A DNA stretch of 64,000 nucleotides from an uncultured Bacilli bacterium (GCA_934167825.1 CAKPLY010000001.1:5508-69507); one strand, 5' to 3'. Counted from the first letter of the stretch, positions 48,828-59,102 are shown. Made by a program: numbers and translations. Notes: generated by a model not told the origin, from the sequence alone.

Positions 48828-49406
48828 ATGAAAAGGGTATTAGGAGATAATAAACGTTCATTAATTACTATTTTTGGTGTTGTTTTACTGATAGTTATTG
48901 TTGCTGGAGTTACTTATGCTTTATTTGAAGCAAATGCTAATAAGGAAGATGCAGTTTCTGGAGATACTTGTTTTTCTATTAAGTACACTAAGGGGCAAAA
49001 TATAAGTGGAGAATTAGAAATGGGTGCAAGTTATACTACTGGTAAGAGTACAGATATAGTTATTGGTTTAGATAATTCAAGTAGTAATGCTAATAGATGT
49101 AGTAATATTATTGGTAAGGGAACGATATATTTAACTACTACTAGTTCTAATTTAGACTATACTAAAACTAATATTCCTTTAAGATATAGTGTTGTTGTAG
49201 GGTCTACAGTTAAAGCAACTGGTGCAATTAATGGAACAGAAAATCAAGTATTATATGAAAACTTTGATGTTACTGCGACTAGTGTTACATATAAGGTGTA
49301 CATTTGGTATGATCAAAGTAAAGATGATATTAATGATTTTAGCGATATAACATTTGCTGGATATATACATGCAAGTGTAGTAGGTAAATCTACAATAACA
49401 AGTTAA
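48828..49406 (+). CDS. membrane-anchored Ser/Thr-rich beta-rich protein (192 aa), unknown function
   Basis: N-terminal TM anchor. No motif recognised. Confidence 0.4.
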   Translation: MKRVLGDNKRSLITIFGVVLLIVIVAGVTYALFEANANKEDAVSGDTCFSIKYTKGQNISGELEMGASYTTGKSTDIVIGLDNSSSNANRCSNIIGKGTIYLTTTSSNLDYTKTNIPLRYSVVVGSTVKATGAINGTENQVLYENFDVTATSVTYKVYIWYDQSKDDINDFSDITFAGYIHASVVGKSTITS

Positions 49407-49433
49407 TAGATAATAAGAAAGTGGGTAATATAT

Positions 49434-50393
49434 ATGACAAATATTAATGTTGAAGTTGGAGAGTTAATGAGACTTAGTTCTAGAAGTGAAGAATTAAATA
49501 GTGATATATCAAGTACTTTTAATGGAATAAATAATGTGCTTGATAACATATCTGGAATAGTTAGATCTGATACTCTAACAGGTGCTAATGATATACAAAA
49601 AGATGGGGTTAATACCTTAATGGTAAGAATAGATGAAAACTTAAGAAATATTAAGATATTCTTAGATAATCAAATTAAGAATTATACTGTGTCAGTAGAA
49701 GATGCACTTAATTCTTTGAATACACTTATTGCAGCGATAAATGGTGCTTATGGAGCAAATAGTGGAAAGAGTTATACTAGTTTTACTGCTAATAAATCTA
49801 CAAGTGATAATGTTAGTGTAGAGTCTAGTGTTCAAGGTAAGAAGGTAGAAACTAATTCTTCAACTACATCTACAGAAAAGAATTATACAGTTAGTAGTAC
49901 ACCTTATAATGCTAATACTAGTATAAATGCTGTTAATCCGGATGCTAAAACTTCTAGTGATAATATGAATAAAAATCTTGATGCTCTTGGTACATGGGAT
50001 AATGTATCTGGTACATATGATTTCTTCAAAGAAAAGGGGTTAACTGATGAACAAATTGCAGGTATTATGGGTAATGCATACGCTGAAAGTAAATTTAAGC
50101 TCGATGCAAAAAATCCTAATTCTTCTGCAACAGGTATATTTCAATGGTTGAATGGTAGACAACCTAGTGATTGGAGTTTAAATGGACAACTTGAACATGC
50201 TTGGAATGAAATAGCAAATACTAGATATAATGGTAAAGTAATAAGCAAGTTACAAGAATGTACTACTCCTAGTGATGCTGCTTATTCTTTTGCAAAGTGG
50301 TTCGAAGGATATACTGAAAATGTTTCAACGAGACAAAGTTATGCTGAAGCGTTTTATGACTATATAAAAGATAGAAATGGTGTTAAAGGTTAA
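49434..50393 (+). CDS. two-domain protein: N-terminal about 105-aa helical (WXG100/LXG-like) domain + C-terminal phage-tail-lysozyme-like peptidoglycan hydrolase domain
   Basis: C-terminal AGIMGNAYAESKF...ATGIFQWLNGRQ...QLEHAWNEI...AYSFAKWFEGY matches the phage tail tip lysozyme pattern (GN..AESG..GI.QW.G.R). The N-domain is paralogous to the 50415-50750 product. Confidence 0.55.
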   Translation: MTNINVEVGELMRLSSRSEELNSDISSTFNGINNVLDNISGIVRSDTLTGANDIQKDGVNTLMVRIDENLRNIKIFLDNQIKNYTVSVEDALNSLNTLIAAINGAYGANSGKSYTSFTANKSTSDNVSVESSVQGKKVETNSSTTSTEKNYTVSSTPYNANTSINAVNPDAKTSSDNMNKNLDALGTWDNVSGTYDFFKEKGLTDEQIAGIMGNAYAESKFKLDAKNPNSSATGIFQWLNGRQPSDWSLNGQLEHAWNEIANTRYNGKVISKLQECTTPSDAAYSFAKWFEGYTENVSTRQSYAEAFYDYIKDRNGVKG

Positions 50394-50414
50394 TAAAAAT
50401 AAGGTAGGTGGAAT

Positions 50415-50750
50415 ATGGCAAATATTAATGTTGAAATTGGAGAGCTAATAAGACTTAGTTCTAGGAGTGAAGATATTAATAGTGATATTAAGAGTACTTT
50501 TAATGGGATAAATAATGTACTTGATAATATAACTAGTATAGTTAGATCTGATACTTTAACGGGTGCTAATCAAATGCAAAAAGAAAATGTTAATTCTTTA
50601 ATGACAAGTATTGATAGTAATTTAAATAATATTAAGATGTTTTTAGATAATCAAATTAAGAATTATACAGTTTCAGTAGATGATGCATTAGATTCATTAA
50701 ATAGATTAATTATGTCAATTAATTCAGCGTATGGTGGTATTAATAATTAA
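50415..50750 (+). CDS. standalone paralog of the N-terminal helical domain of the 49434-50393 product (111 aa)
   Basis: About 75% identity over 105 aa (MANINVEIGELIRLSSRSEDINSDIKSTFNGINNVLDN...). Confidence 0.6.
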   Translation: MANINVEIGELIRLSSRSEDINSDIKSTFNGINNVLDNITSIVRSDTLTGANQMQKENVNSLMTSIDSNLNNIKMFLDNQIKNYTVSVDDALDSLNRLIMSINSAYGGINN

Positions 50751-50767
50751 AAATAGTTATATAGTAC

Positions 50768-50796
50768 TTGCAATATAGAAAAACGTGTGATATTAT
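50768..50796 (+). promoter_or_regulatory. sigma-A promoter TTGCAA-17-TATTAT
   Basis: Seen directly. Confidence 0.55.
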
Positions 50797-50835
50797 ATTT
50801 ACAAAACTTATAAAAGATTAAGTAAGTTAATATTT

Positions 50836-51000
50836 ATTTTATAGAGAGTTTGTGGGTGGTGAAAGCAAATAATAAAGTTAACTGAATGCTACTTTTAGAT
50901 ATGTGTAGTAATAACTACCGGATGATTCCGTTATAAAAAATAAGTAAAAATAAGGTGGTACCACGATTAATAATCGTCCTTTGTGTGTGCCATCTTTTTA
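50836..51000 (+). ncRNA. T-box riboswitch leader, alanine specifier (GCU), controlling the P-loop gene + alaS
   Basis: Stem I AGAGAG..GGTGA (K-turn). Specifier GCUA at about 50886. Conserved T-box AAGGTGGTACCACG at 50952-50965. Downstream hairpin plus U-run. Confidence 0.65.
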
Positions 51001-51028
51001 TATTAAATAAAGAAGGAGAGATAAAATT

Positions 51029-51580
51029 ATGAACAAATTAATAGCAATAGTAGGAATGTGTGGAAGTGGAAAAAGCGTAGCGTGTGACAAGTTAGTTAGT
51101 ATGGGGTATAACAAAATATACTTTGGAGGAGTTACAATGGATTGTCTTAAGGAAAAGGGACTTGAAATTAACCCTGAAAATGAGAAAATGATGCGAGAGA
51201 AGTTACGTGAAGATTTAGGTATGGGAGCATTTGCGATAATTCTTTTACCTAAGATTGAAGAAGCGGTAAAAAAGGGAGATACTGTACTAGATGGTGTATA
51301 TTCTTATGATGAAGTAAAAATATTAAAAGATAAATTTGCTAATCTTAAGATAGTTGCAGTAGTATGTGATAAAAAGACAAGATATGGAAGATTAAAGGTA
51401 AGAAGTATTAGACCACTTACAGAAGAAGAAGCAGAGAAAAGAGATGTTAGTGAGGTAGAAAATATTAAGAAGGCTCCTCCAATTGCTTTAGCAGATTATT
51501 ATATAGATAATAATGGTACAGTGGAAGAATATAATAAGAGAATACTTGAAATACTTGATGATATAGGAAGTGATAAATAA
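51029..51580 (+). CDS. P-loop NTPase / putative nucleotide kinase-like protein
   Basis: Walker A GMCGSGKS; 183 aa. Co-transcribed with alaS behind the T-box. Confidence 0.45.
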   Translation: MNKLIAIVGMCGSGKSVACDKLVSMGYNKIYFGGVTMDCLKEKGLEINPENEKMMREKLREDLGMGAFAIILLPKIEEAVKKGDTVLDGVYSYDEVKILKDKFANLKIVAVVCDKKTRYGRLKVRSIRPLTEEEAEKRDVSEVENIKKAPPIALADYYIDNNGTVEEYNKRILEILDDIGSDK

Positions 51581-54270
51581 TGAAGAAATTAACTGGGGAA
51601 GAGATAATTAATACATTTTTAAATTATTTTAAGGAACATGGGCATAAGGTTATAGAATCTGCACCACTAATACCTAAGGATGATCCTAGTGTTTTATGGA
51701 TTAATGCTGGTGTTACACCTTTAAAAAAATATTTTGATGGTAGTGTTGTTCCAGAAAATAGAAGGATGGTTGGAGTACAAAAATGTATAAGAACGGGAGA
51801 TATTGAAAGTGTTGGTAAGACTGCAAGACATCATACTTTCTTTCAAATGTTAGGTAACTTTAGTGTAGGAGATTATTTTAAGGATGAAGCAATTAGTATG
51901 TCATATGAGTTATTAACTAGTCCTAAATATTTTGGGTTTGATAAAGATAAACTATATGTTACAGTGTATCCAACTGATGAAGAAGCTTATAATAAATGGT
52001 TAAGTCTTGGAGTAGATAAATCGCATATAATAAAACTAGAAAATAATTTTTGGGAGATAGGTGAAGGACCTAGTGGACCAGATAGTGAGATATTTTATGA
52101 TCGTGGAGAAAAATACGATAAGGATAATCTAGGTATTAAATTACTTCAAGAGGAAATAGAAAATGATAGGTATATAGAGATATGGAATAATGTATTTAGT
52201 CAATATAATGCTGTTATGGGTGTACCAAGAAGTGAATATAAGGAACTTCCTAGTAAGAATATAGATACTGGTATGGGAGTAGAGAGAATGGCATGTATTA
52301 TGCAAGAAGTAGAAACTAACTATGAAACAGATTTATTTATTCCTATAATTAAGAAAATAGAAGAGATATCTATGAGAGAATATCATGGAGATATGGAGTT
52401 TAAAGTTATAGCAGATCATATTAGAACACTAGTATTTGCCTTAAGTGATGGTGCAACATTCTCTAACTATGGAAGAGGTTATGTACTTAGAAGACTTCTT
52501 AGAAGAAGCGTTAGAATGGGTAAGAAGTTAGGAATAAGTAAGAATTTCTTAAGTGATTTGGTAGATACTGTTGTTAGTATTTATGTTACTACATATAGAA
52601 ATTTAAGTAATAATATAAAAGAAATAAAAGATGTTATTACTAAGGAAGAAGAATTATTTAAACGTACTTTACTTTCTGGAGAGAAAAGGTTAGAAGAACT
52701 TCTTAATAGTGATGATAAGGTTATTAGTGGACTTGATGCATATAAGTTATATGATACTTATGGATTTCCTGTTGAGTTAACTATAGAGATTGCTTTAGAA
52801 AAAGGTAAGACTGTAGATAAAGATGGATTTGATAAGTATATGGAAGAAGGAAAAATTTTAGCAAGAAATAATAGAAAAGAAGATAGTAGTATGCATATAC
52901 AAAATGAGTTATTACTTAACTACAAGAAAGATAGCGATTTTGTTGGGTATAACTACTTAGAGTGTGCTAGTACTATTATTGATATTATTAAAGATAATAC
53001 TTTTGTTAATGAACTTAATGATTTTGGGTATATAGTACTTGATAAGACACCTTTTTATGCTACTAGCGGGGGACAAATATATGATACTGGTACTATAACT
53101 GAAAGAGGAGTATTAGCAGAAGTTACTGAGGTAGTTAAGGCTCCTAATAAACAACATTTAATGTATGTTCATGTTAAAAATGGTAGTTTAAAAGTAGGAG
53201 ACGTTGTTACTTCTTCAGTAGATAAATCAAGAAGATTTAATATTATGAAGAATCATAGTAGTGTTCATTTACTTCAAAAGACATTACAAGAATTACTTTC
53301 TTCAAACGTACATCAGGCAGGTTCTAGTGTTACAGAAGATAGTTTTAGATTTGACTTTATATATCAAGGTAAACTTAGTGATGAATTAATACTTGATGTT
53401 GAAAAAAGAGTTAATGAAAGAGTTAATGAAGGGGTAGATACTAAGATAGAGACAATGAGTTTAGAAGAAGCAACTAAAAAGAATGCTATGGCTTTATTTG
53501 AAGATAAATATGGTAGTGTTGTTAGAGTTGTTACTTTAGGAGATTCTGTTGAACTTTGTGCAGGAACTCATGTTAAGAATACTAAAGATATTAAAAGGAT
53601 TGCTATATTATCTGTAGAAAATAAGGGAAGTAATACTTATAGAATTACTGGTGCTACTGATAAGTTTATAGGTAAGATGTTATCTATAGAGATTAAACCA
53701 TATAGAGATGAGATTACTAAATTATTAGAAAAAGCTAAAAGGATTATGGTTGACGCTAAAGAACTTGGAATAGAATTAGAGTTTGATTTTAGTGTTGATT
53801 TTGATGAATTAGATAGTTATAAAGATGTTATTGATATTAAAAATAATCTTAATACTTTAAAAGATAAAGTTAAAGAATTAGAAAAGTTATATAATGAAAA
53901 GAAAGTATTAACTAGTATTAAGGATTTGAGTGCATTTACTGATAGTAAAATAATGATTAATGATGTTAATACTATTGTAGCAATTACTGATAATTATGAA
54001 GGTAATATACTAAAACAAATAACTGATGAGTTAGCAAATAAATATGATAAGTACTTTATATTACTTGCAAACACTAAAGGTAATAATGTAAACTTTATAT
54101 GTAAGAGTAATTATGATAAGGTAAATGTTGGTTCTGTTATTAGAGAACTTAGTCAAAAATGTCTTGGCAATGGTGGAGGAAATAAAAACTTTGCACAAGG
54201 TGGAGGAACAGATATTACAAATCTTGGTGCTAACTTACAAGATATTAAAGAGTATTTAAGAAATTTATAA
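51580..54270 (+). CDS. alaS: alanyl-tRNA synthetase
   Basis: HHTFFQMLGNFS class II signature, editing domain, and a C-terminal DHHA1-like region with GGGNKNFAQGGG. Confidence 0.95.
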   Translation: MKKLTGEEIINTFLNYFKEHGHKVIESAPLIPKDDPSVLWINAGVTPLKKYFDGSVVPENRRMVGVQKCIRTGDIESVGKTARHHTFFQMLGNFSVGDYFKDEAISMSYELLTSPKYFGFDKDKLYVTVYPTDEEAYNKWLSLGVDKSHIIKLENNFWEIGEGPSGPDSEIFYDRGEKYDKDNLGIKLLQEEIENDRYIEIWNNVFSQYNAVMGVPRSEYKELPSKNIDTGMGVERMACIMQEVETNYETDLFIPIIKKIEEISMREYHGDMEFKVIADHIRTLVFALSDGATFSNYGRGYVLRRLLRRSVRMGKKLGISKNFLSDLVDTVVSIYVTTYRNLSNNIKEIKDVITKEEELFKRTLLSGEKRLEELLNSDDKVISGLDAYKLYDTYGFPVELTIEIALEKGKTVDKDGFDKYMEEGKILARNNRKEDSSMHIQNELLLNYKKDSDFVGYNYLECASTIIDIIKDNTFVNELNDFGYIVLDKTPFYATSGGQIYDTGTITERGVLAEVTEVVKAPNKQHLMYVHVKNGSLKVGDVVTSSVDKSRRFNIMKNHSSVHLLQKTLQELLSSNVHQAGSSVTEDSFRFDFIYQGKLSDELILDVEKRVNERVNEGVDTKIETMSLEEATKKNAMALFEDKYGSVVRVVTLGDSVELCAGTHVKNTKDIKRIAILSVENKGSNTYRITGATDKFIGKMLSIEIKPYRDEITKLLEKAKRIMVDAKELGIELEFDFSVDFDELDSYKDVIDIKNNLNTLKDKVKELEKLYNEKKVLTSIKDLSAFTDSKIMINDVNTIVAITDNYEGNILKQITDELANKYDKYFILLANTKGNNVNFICKSNYDKVNVGSVIRELSQKCLGNGGGNKNFAQGGGTDITNLGANLQDIKEYLRNL

Positions 54271-54391
54271 TTAATGATAAAGTAGATATTTATGTCTACT
54301 TTTACTTTGGTATAGTGGTGTTTTCTTACTTATATTTGTTGATTTTATGCATAATCTATTGTATAATATAGTTAAAGAAGGTAGGTTTTAT

Positions 54392-56368
54392 ATGTCTAAA
54401 TTAAATGAAAACAAAATTAAAGATATTATTAGTGTGTTATCTTTAGATATGATAGATAATGCAGGTAGTGGTCATCCAGGTATAGCGCTTAGTATTTCAC
54501 CAATTTTATATACTTTATTTACTCATATATTAAATGTTGATAATGAAAAAACTGATTTTCCAAATAGAGATAGATTTGTTTTATCTTCGGGGCATGGTTC
54601 TTCAGCATTATATTCTGCACTTTCTATTTGTTATAATACTTATGATATAAACGATCTTAAGACTTATAGAAGAATAAATAGTGTATGTAAGGGACATCCT
54701 GAACTAGATATAGAACATAGAATTGAAACTACTACGGGAATGTTAGGACAAGGTATTGCTAATGCTGTTGGTATGGCGATTGCAGAAAAGTATTTAAGTG
54801 CTAAATTTAATAGTAAGAAGAATATATTATTTGATTATAAAGTATATTGTTTATGTGGTGAAGGAGACTTAATGGAAGGAATAAGTTATGAAGCAACTTC
54901 ACTTGCAGGTAGTTTGAATTTAGATAACTTAGTAATTATATATGATGCAAATAATATTACAATGGACGGAGATATTACTAATACTTTTAACGAGAGTGTT
55001 ATTGAGCGTTTTGAAGCAATGGAGTTTGAAGTACTTGAAGTAAAAGATGGTAATAATATAAAAGAGTTAAAGAATGTCTTAGAAAAAGCAAGTAAGAGTA
55101 AGAAGCCTGTTTTAGTAGGAGTAAATACTGTATTAGGTAGATATTCAAAATATGAAAATACAAGTAAAGTACATTCAGGACCACTTGATAAAGATGATTT
55201 AACTAATATTAAAGAGAAGTTAAAGTTACCATTAGAATCTTTTACATATGATAAAGATGAAGTAGAAGTTTTAAGAAATTATATAAAAGAAAGAAATGCT
55301 GCAAGATATAGTAAATGGTATTTAGAGTATGAAAAATATAAAGATACTCATACTGATGAAGAAGTAGAAGTATTAGATAATGTAATTCGTGGAGAAGATA
55401 TAATACTACAATTAGATAAGGTAGTAGATACTTCAAAGTTATTTGTGGATAAGACTATGAGAGATATTAATTATCAAATTATGAATGTAATAAATGCTTT
55501 TGTTCCTTTATTTATGGGTGGATCTGCAGATATGGTTAGTTCTACTAAAACATATTTAAAACATCAAGGCGATTTTACTAAAGATAATTATATTGGTAAG
55601 AATATTGCTTTTGGAGTAAGAGAACATGCTATGGGTGGAATACTTAATGGTATGGCTTTATCTAATTTAAGAGTGTTTGGGTCAACTCATTTAGCATTTT
55701 CTAATTATATGATACCTACTATTAGATGTTCTGCAATGATGAATTTACCAGTTACTTATATATTTACTCATGATAATTTTACTATAGGAAGTGATGGTGT
55801 TACTCATCAACCTATTGAACAGTTAACAATGTTACGTAGTATTCCTAATTTAACAGTATATAGACCTGCGGATTATAAGGAACTTATAGGAAGCTGGAAC
55901 TTGATATTAACAAGTGGTAAACCTAGTGTTTTAGTGCTTCCTAAAGAACACACTGATACTTTAGAACATACTAGTATTAAGGGTGTTAAGTATGGTGGGT
56001 ATATTGTTAGTGAAGTTAAGAGTAAGTTAGATTTAATACTTTTATCTTCTGGGGAAGAATTATCACTTGCGATGAAATTAAAAGATGAACTTCTTAAAAG
56101 TTTTATTGAAGCAAGAGTAGTAAGTGTTCCTAATTTAAATATATTTATAAAACAAGAAAAAGGTTATATTGAACAAGTTTTACCTAAAGGATATAAAAAG
56201 ATGGTATTAGAGTTTTCTAATGATCCTAATTATTTTAGATTTGTAAATAAGGATGAAGATTTTATTGGTGTTAATAAATATTTAAAGAGTGGTACTAAAG
56301 AAGAATTAATGAAAGAATATGAGTTTGATATACCAAGTTTAGTTATAAAGATAAAGAATAGTTTATAA
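54392..56368 (+). CDS. tkt: transketolase
   Basis: TPP-binding GSGHPG, GEGDLMEG, and Pyr and C-terminal domains. SD gaaggtagg precedes the ATG at 54392 (ORF track start 54347 is less likely). Confidence 0.9.
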   Translation: MSKLNENKIKDIISVLSLDMIDNAGSGHPGIALSISPILYTLFTHILNVDNEKTDFPNRDRFVLSSGHGSSALYSALSICYNTYDINDLKTYRRINSVCKGHPELDIEHRIETTTGMLGQGIANAVGMAIAEKYLSAKFNSKKNILFDYKVYCLCGEGDLMEGISYEATSLAGSLNLDNLVIIYDANNITMDGDITNTFNESVIERFEAMEFEVLEVKDGNNIKELKNVLEKASKSKKPVLVGVNTVLGRYSKYENTSKVHSGPLDKDDLTNIKEKLKLPLESFTYDKDEVEVLRNYIKERNAARYSKWYLEYEKYKDTHTDEEVEVLDNVIRGEDIILQLDKVVDTSKLFVDKTMRDINYQIMNVINAFVPLFMGGSADMVSSTKTYLKHQGDFTKDNYIGKNIAFGVREHAMGGILNGMALSNLRVFGSTHLAFSNYMIPTIRCSAMMNLPVTYIFTHDNFTIGSDGVTHQPIEQLTMLRSIPNLTVYRPADYKELIGSWNLILTSGKPSVLVLPKEHTDTLEHTSIKGVKYGGYIVSEVKSKLDLILLSSGEELSLAMKLKDELLKSFIEARVVSVPNLNIFIKQEKGYIEQVLPKGYKKMVLEFSNDPNYFRFVNKDEDFIGVNKYLKSGTKEELMKEYEFDIPSLVIKIKNSL

Positions 56369-56418
56369 TTCGACATAATACTATATATAAATACTCTATA
56401 ATTAATAGTGGTGATATT

Positions 56419-56865
56419 ATGAGAGTATATTATGTATTTAAAATAAACAATTACTTTTCTTATATTTATAAAAATAAGCCATATAAACTATATAAGATGC
56501 TTGAAGAAATATTCCATGTAAAGGAATATGATATGGTACTTACTTATAAGATGTATGAACAGGTTGCAAAGACATTTAATAAGGAAGAAATAAATAAGTA
56601 TTTAAAGAATATATATAGCGATAGTAAATATTATTTATATAACAAGAGTATTCATATTTATAGTGATTATTATGAATACTCTAAGTTAGTTATAAATAAC
56701 TCTAATCTTAAGATTAAGACTAATATTAATAATTCTATATTCTTTAAGGATATAAATAATTATTGTGATAATATATTTATATGTGATTTTAATAATAAGG
56801 ATTATTTTTGGTTAGATAAGGTAATAAAAAAAGATGAATGTAAGAAAGAGGAAGTAGTAAGATAG
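56419..56865 (+). CDS. SirA-like (YneE/DUF2522) protein; start possibly 56497
   Basis: Weak similarity to Bacillus SirA (YYxF.I.., DYFWLD). The tkt-yneE-yneF synteny supports it. Confidence 0.35.
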   Translation: MRVYYVFKINNYFSYIYKNKPYKLYKMLEEIFHVKEYDMVLTYKMYEQVAKTFNKEEINKYLKNIYSDSKYYLYNKSIHIYSDYYEYSKLVINNSNLKIKTNINNSIFFKDINNYCDNIFICDFNNKDYFWLDKVIKKDECKKEEVVR

Positions 56866-57018
56866 ATGTGTTAATTTATAAAAAAGAATAGACAATAAGA
56901 AGAAAATTTAGTAAAATAAATATTAGTAGTTAAAAAAATAATTAAAAATTAGTATATAAGAAATTCTTACATACTTTACGTATAATGGAATATAAAAAGT
57001 GTTATGGAGGTAATTTAA

Positions 57019-57759
57019 GTGGAAGTAGCAAGAGTAAAACAAGCGTTAATAGAACAAAGAAAAATAAATTTATCAGGTAATTTATATCATAAGACACAAC
57101 TTGATTTTGCTTATAATACTAATCATATCGAGGGTTCTACTATAACACCTGATGAAACTGCTAGTATATATGATACAGGAACTATTTTAACTAGTGAGAA
57201 TAAAATTATTGTTTTAAAAGATGCCACAGAAACAAAAAATCATTTTACTTTATTTAAATATATGCTAGATACAATAGATGAAAAACTAAATGAAGATATG
57301 ATAAAGAAATTTCATTTTATTTTAAAAGATGGAACTTTAACGGATGAAGAAAAAGTATGGTTTAATGTTGGAGAATATAAAAAGATAAAGAATTTTGTAG
57401 GTAATATTACAACTTCTTTACCAAGTGAAGTATCAAAAGATATGATGGAATTATTAAAGTGGTATGATAGTATAGATAAAAAGACTATTTTAGATATAAT
57501 AGAGTTTCATGTAAGATTTGAAATGATACATCCTTTTCAAGATGGAAATGGTAGAGTTGGTAGAATGATAATGTTTAGAGAATGTTTATATAATGATATA
57601 ATGCCTTTCTTCATTGAAGAGAGAAACAAAGAGTTTTATATACGTGGTATAAAGGAATATCAAAATAATAATGATAAAAATTATTTAATAGATACATGTT
57701 TAAATAGTCAAGATAATTATGAAAAGATGGTTAATTATTTTCTTTTAGAAGATAAATAA
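57019..57759 (+). CDS. fic: Fic-family protein (AMPylase/Doc-like)
   Basis: Fic motif HPFQDGNGRVGR. Confidence 0.85.
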   Translation: MEVARVKQALIEQRKINLSGNLYHKTQLDFAYNTNHIEGSTITPDETASIYDTGTILTSENKIIVLKDATETKNHFTLFKYMLDTIDEKLNEDMIKKFHFILKDGTLTDEEKVWFNVGEYKKIKNFVGNITTSLPSEVSKDMMELLKWYDSIDKKTILDIIEFHVRFEMIHPFQDGNGRVGRMIMFRECLYNDIMPFFIEERNKEFYIRGIKEYQNNNDKNYLIDTCLNSQDNYEKMVNYFLLEDK

Positions 57760-57787
57760 ACTATATTATGCAAGGAGGTAAACTTTT

Positions 57788-58804
57788 ATGCAAACATTAC
57801 AAATAAAAAACTCAACAGCAGAATTTTTGATATTTTCAAAACAAAATAAAGAAAAGACAATAGAAGTACTTGTTGATGATGAATCAGTTTGGCTTAGTCA
57901 AAAATTAATGGCTGAACTTTTTGGGACAACAAGAAATAATATAACAATGCATCTTAATAATATTTTTCGTGAAGAATTAAATGAAAATTCAGTATGTAAG
58001 GATTCCTTACATACTGCTAGTGATGGCAAGAGTTATAAAACAAAATATTATAATTTAGATGCTATTATTGCAGTTGGATTTAAAGTCAATAGTAAAAGGG
58101 CAATAGATTTTAGATTATGGGCTATTAATGTTTTAAAACAATATTCAGTTAAGGGTTATGTATTAGATAAAGAGAGATTAAAAAATGGTTCTTTTCTTGA
58201 TGAAAATTATTTTAACGAATTATTACAAGAAATTAGAGAAATAAGAATTAGTGAAAGAAATTTTTATCAAAAGATTACTGATATATATGCAACAAGTTTA
58301 GACTATAATTCACAATCACCATTAACACAAGAATTTTTTAAAACAGTTCAAAATAAAATGCACTATGCTACTCATGGAAATACTGCAGCAGAGGTTATAA
58401 TGAATCGTGCAGATTATAAAAAAACTCATATGGGATTAACAAGTTGGAAAAATGCTCCTGATGGCAAAATAATTGCTGCCGATGTTGTAGTTGCAAAAAA
58501 CTATTTAACTAAAGAAGAACTTAAATCATTAGAAAGAATCGTCACAATGTATTTGGATTATGCCGAAGATCAAGCTGAAAGACATATTCCAATGACTATG
58601 GAAGATTGGAAAAATAGACTTGATGTATTCTTACAATTTAATGAAAGGGATGTATTAAATAATCCAGGTAAAATATCTCATAAGGTAGCAGAGAGTTTTG
58701 CATTATCTCAATTTGAGAAATATAGAATTATTCAAGATAAACTATTTGAATCTGATTTTGATAAATTTATGATTGAAATGAAAAAAGATGATATTAATAA
58801 TTAA
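57788..58804 (+). CDS. RhuM-family virulence-associated protein
   Basis: N-terminal SEFLIF..E..IEV..D.ESVWLSQKLMAELF pattern typical of RhuM; commonly paired with Fic. Confidence 0.65.
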   Translation: MQTLQIKNSTAEFLIFSKQNKEKTIEVLVDDESVWLSQKLMAELFGTTRNNITMHLNNIFREELNENSVCKDSLHTASDGKSYKTKYYNLDAIIAVGFKVNSKRAIDFRLWAINVLKQYSVKGYVLDKERLKNGSFLDENYFNELLQEIREIRISERNFYQKITDIYATSLDYNSQSPLTQEFFKTVQNKMHYATHGNTAAEVIMNRADYKKTHMGLTSWKNAPDGKIIAADVVVAKNYLTKEELKSLERIVTMYLDYAEDQAERHIPMTMEDWKNRLDVFLQFNERDVLNNPGKISHKVAESFALSQFEKYRIIQDKLFESDFDKFMIEMKKDDINN

Positions 58805-58889
58805 AAATAAATTTGAGTTTATAGATATCTCACTATAAAAAATCTAAATACAAAATATAAATAAAATATATTATATAAGGAGGTAAAAT

Positions 58890-59099
58890 ATGATTTGGGA
58901 TATATTATATTTAGTTGGGGGATTAATTGTAGGATTTGTTATTGGATTTATAGTAGCAAGAAACTACATGAAGAAATACTTAAAGAAGAATCCTCCAATT
59001 AATGAACAGATGATTAAGACTATGATGAGTTCTATGGGTAGAACTCCTACACAAAAACAAGTTAATCAAATGATGAAACAAATGAATAAATATATGTAA
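58890..59099 (+). CDS. yneF: YneF/UPF0154 small membrane protein
   Basis: GGLIVGFVIGFIVARNYMKKYLKKNPPINE..MMSSMGR signature. Confidence 0.75.
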   Translation: MIWDILYLVGGLIVGFVIGFIVARNYMKKYLKKNPPINEQMIKTMMSSMGRTPTQKQVNQMMKQMNKYM

Positions 59100-59102
59100 T
59101 AC

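Noticed and set aside
54347-54391. Upstream ATG start for transketolase (MHNLLYNIVKEGRFY-)
   Set aside because: No SD is present. The ATG at 54392 has a good SD (gaaggtagg), and the protein aligns from MSKLNENKIKD.
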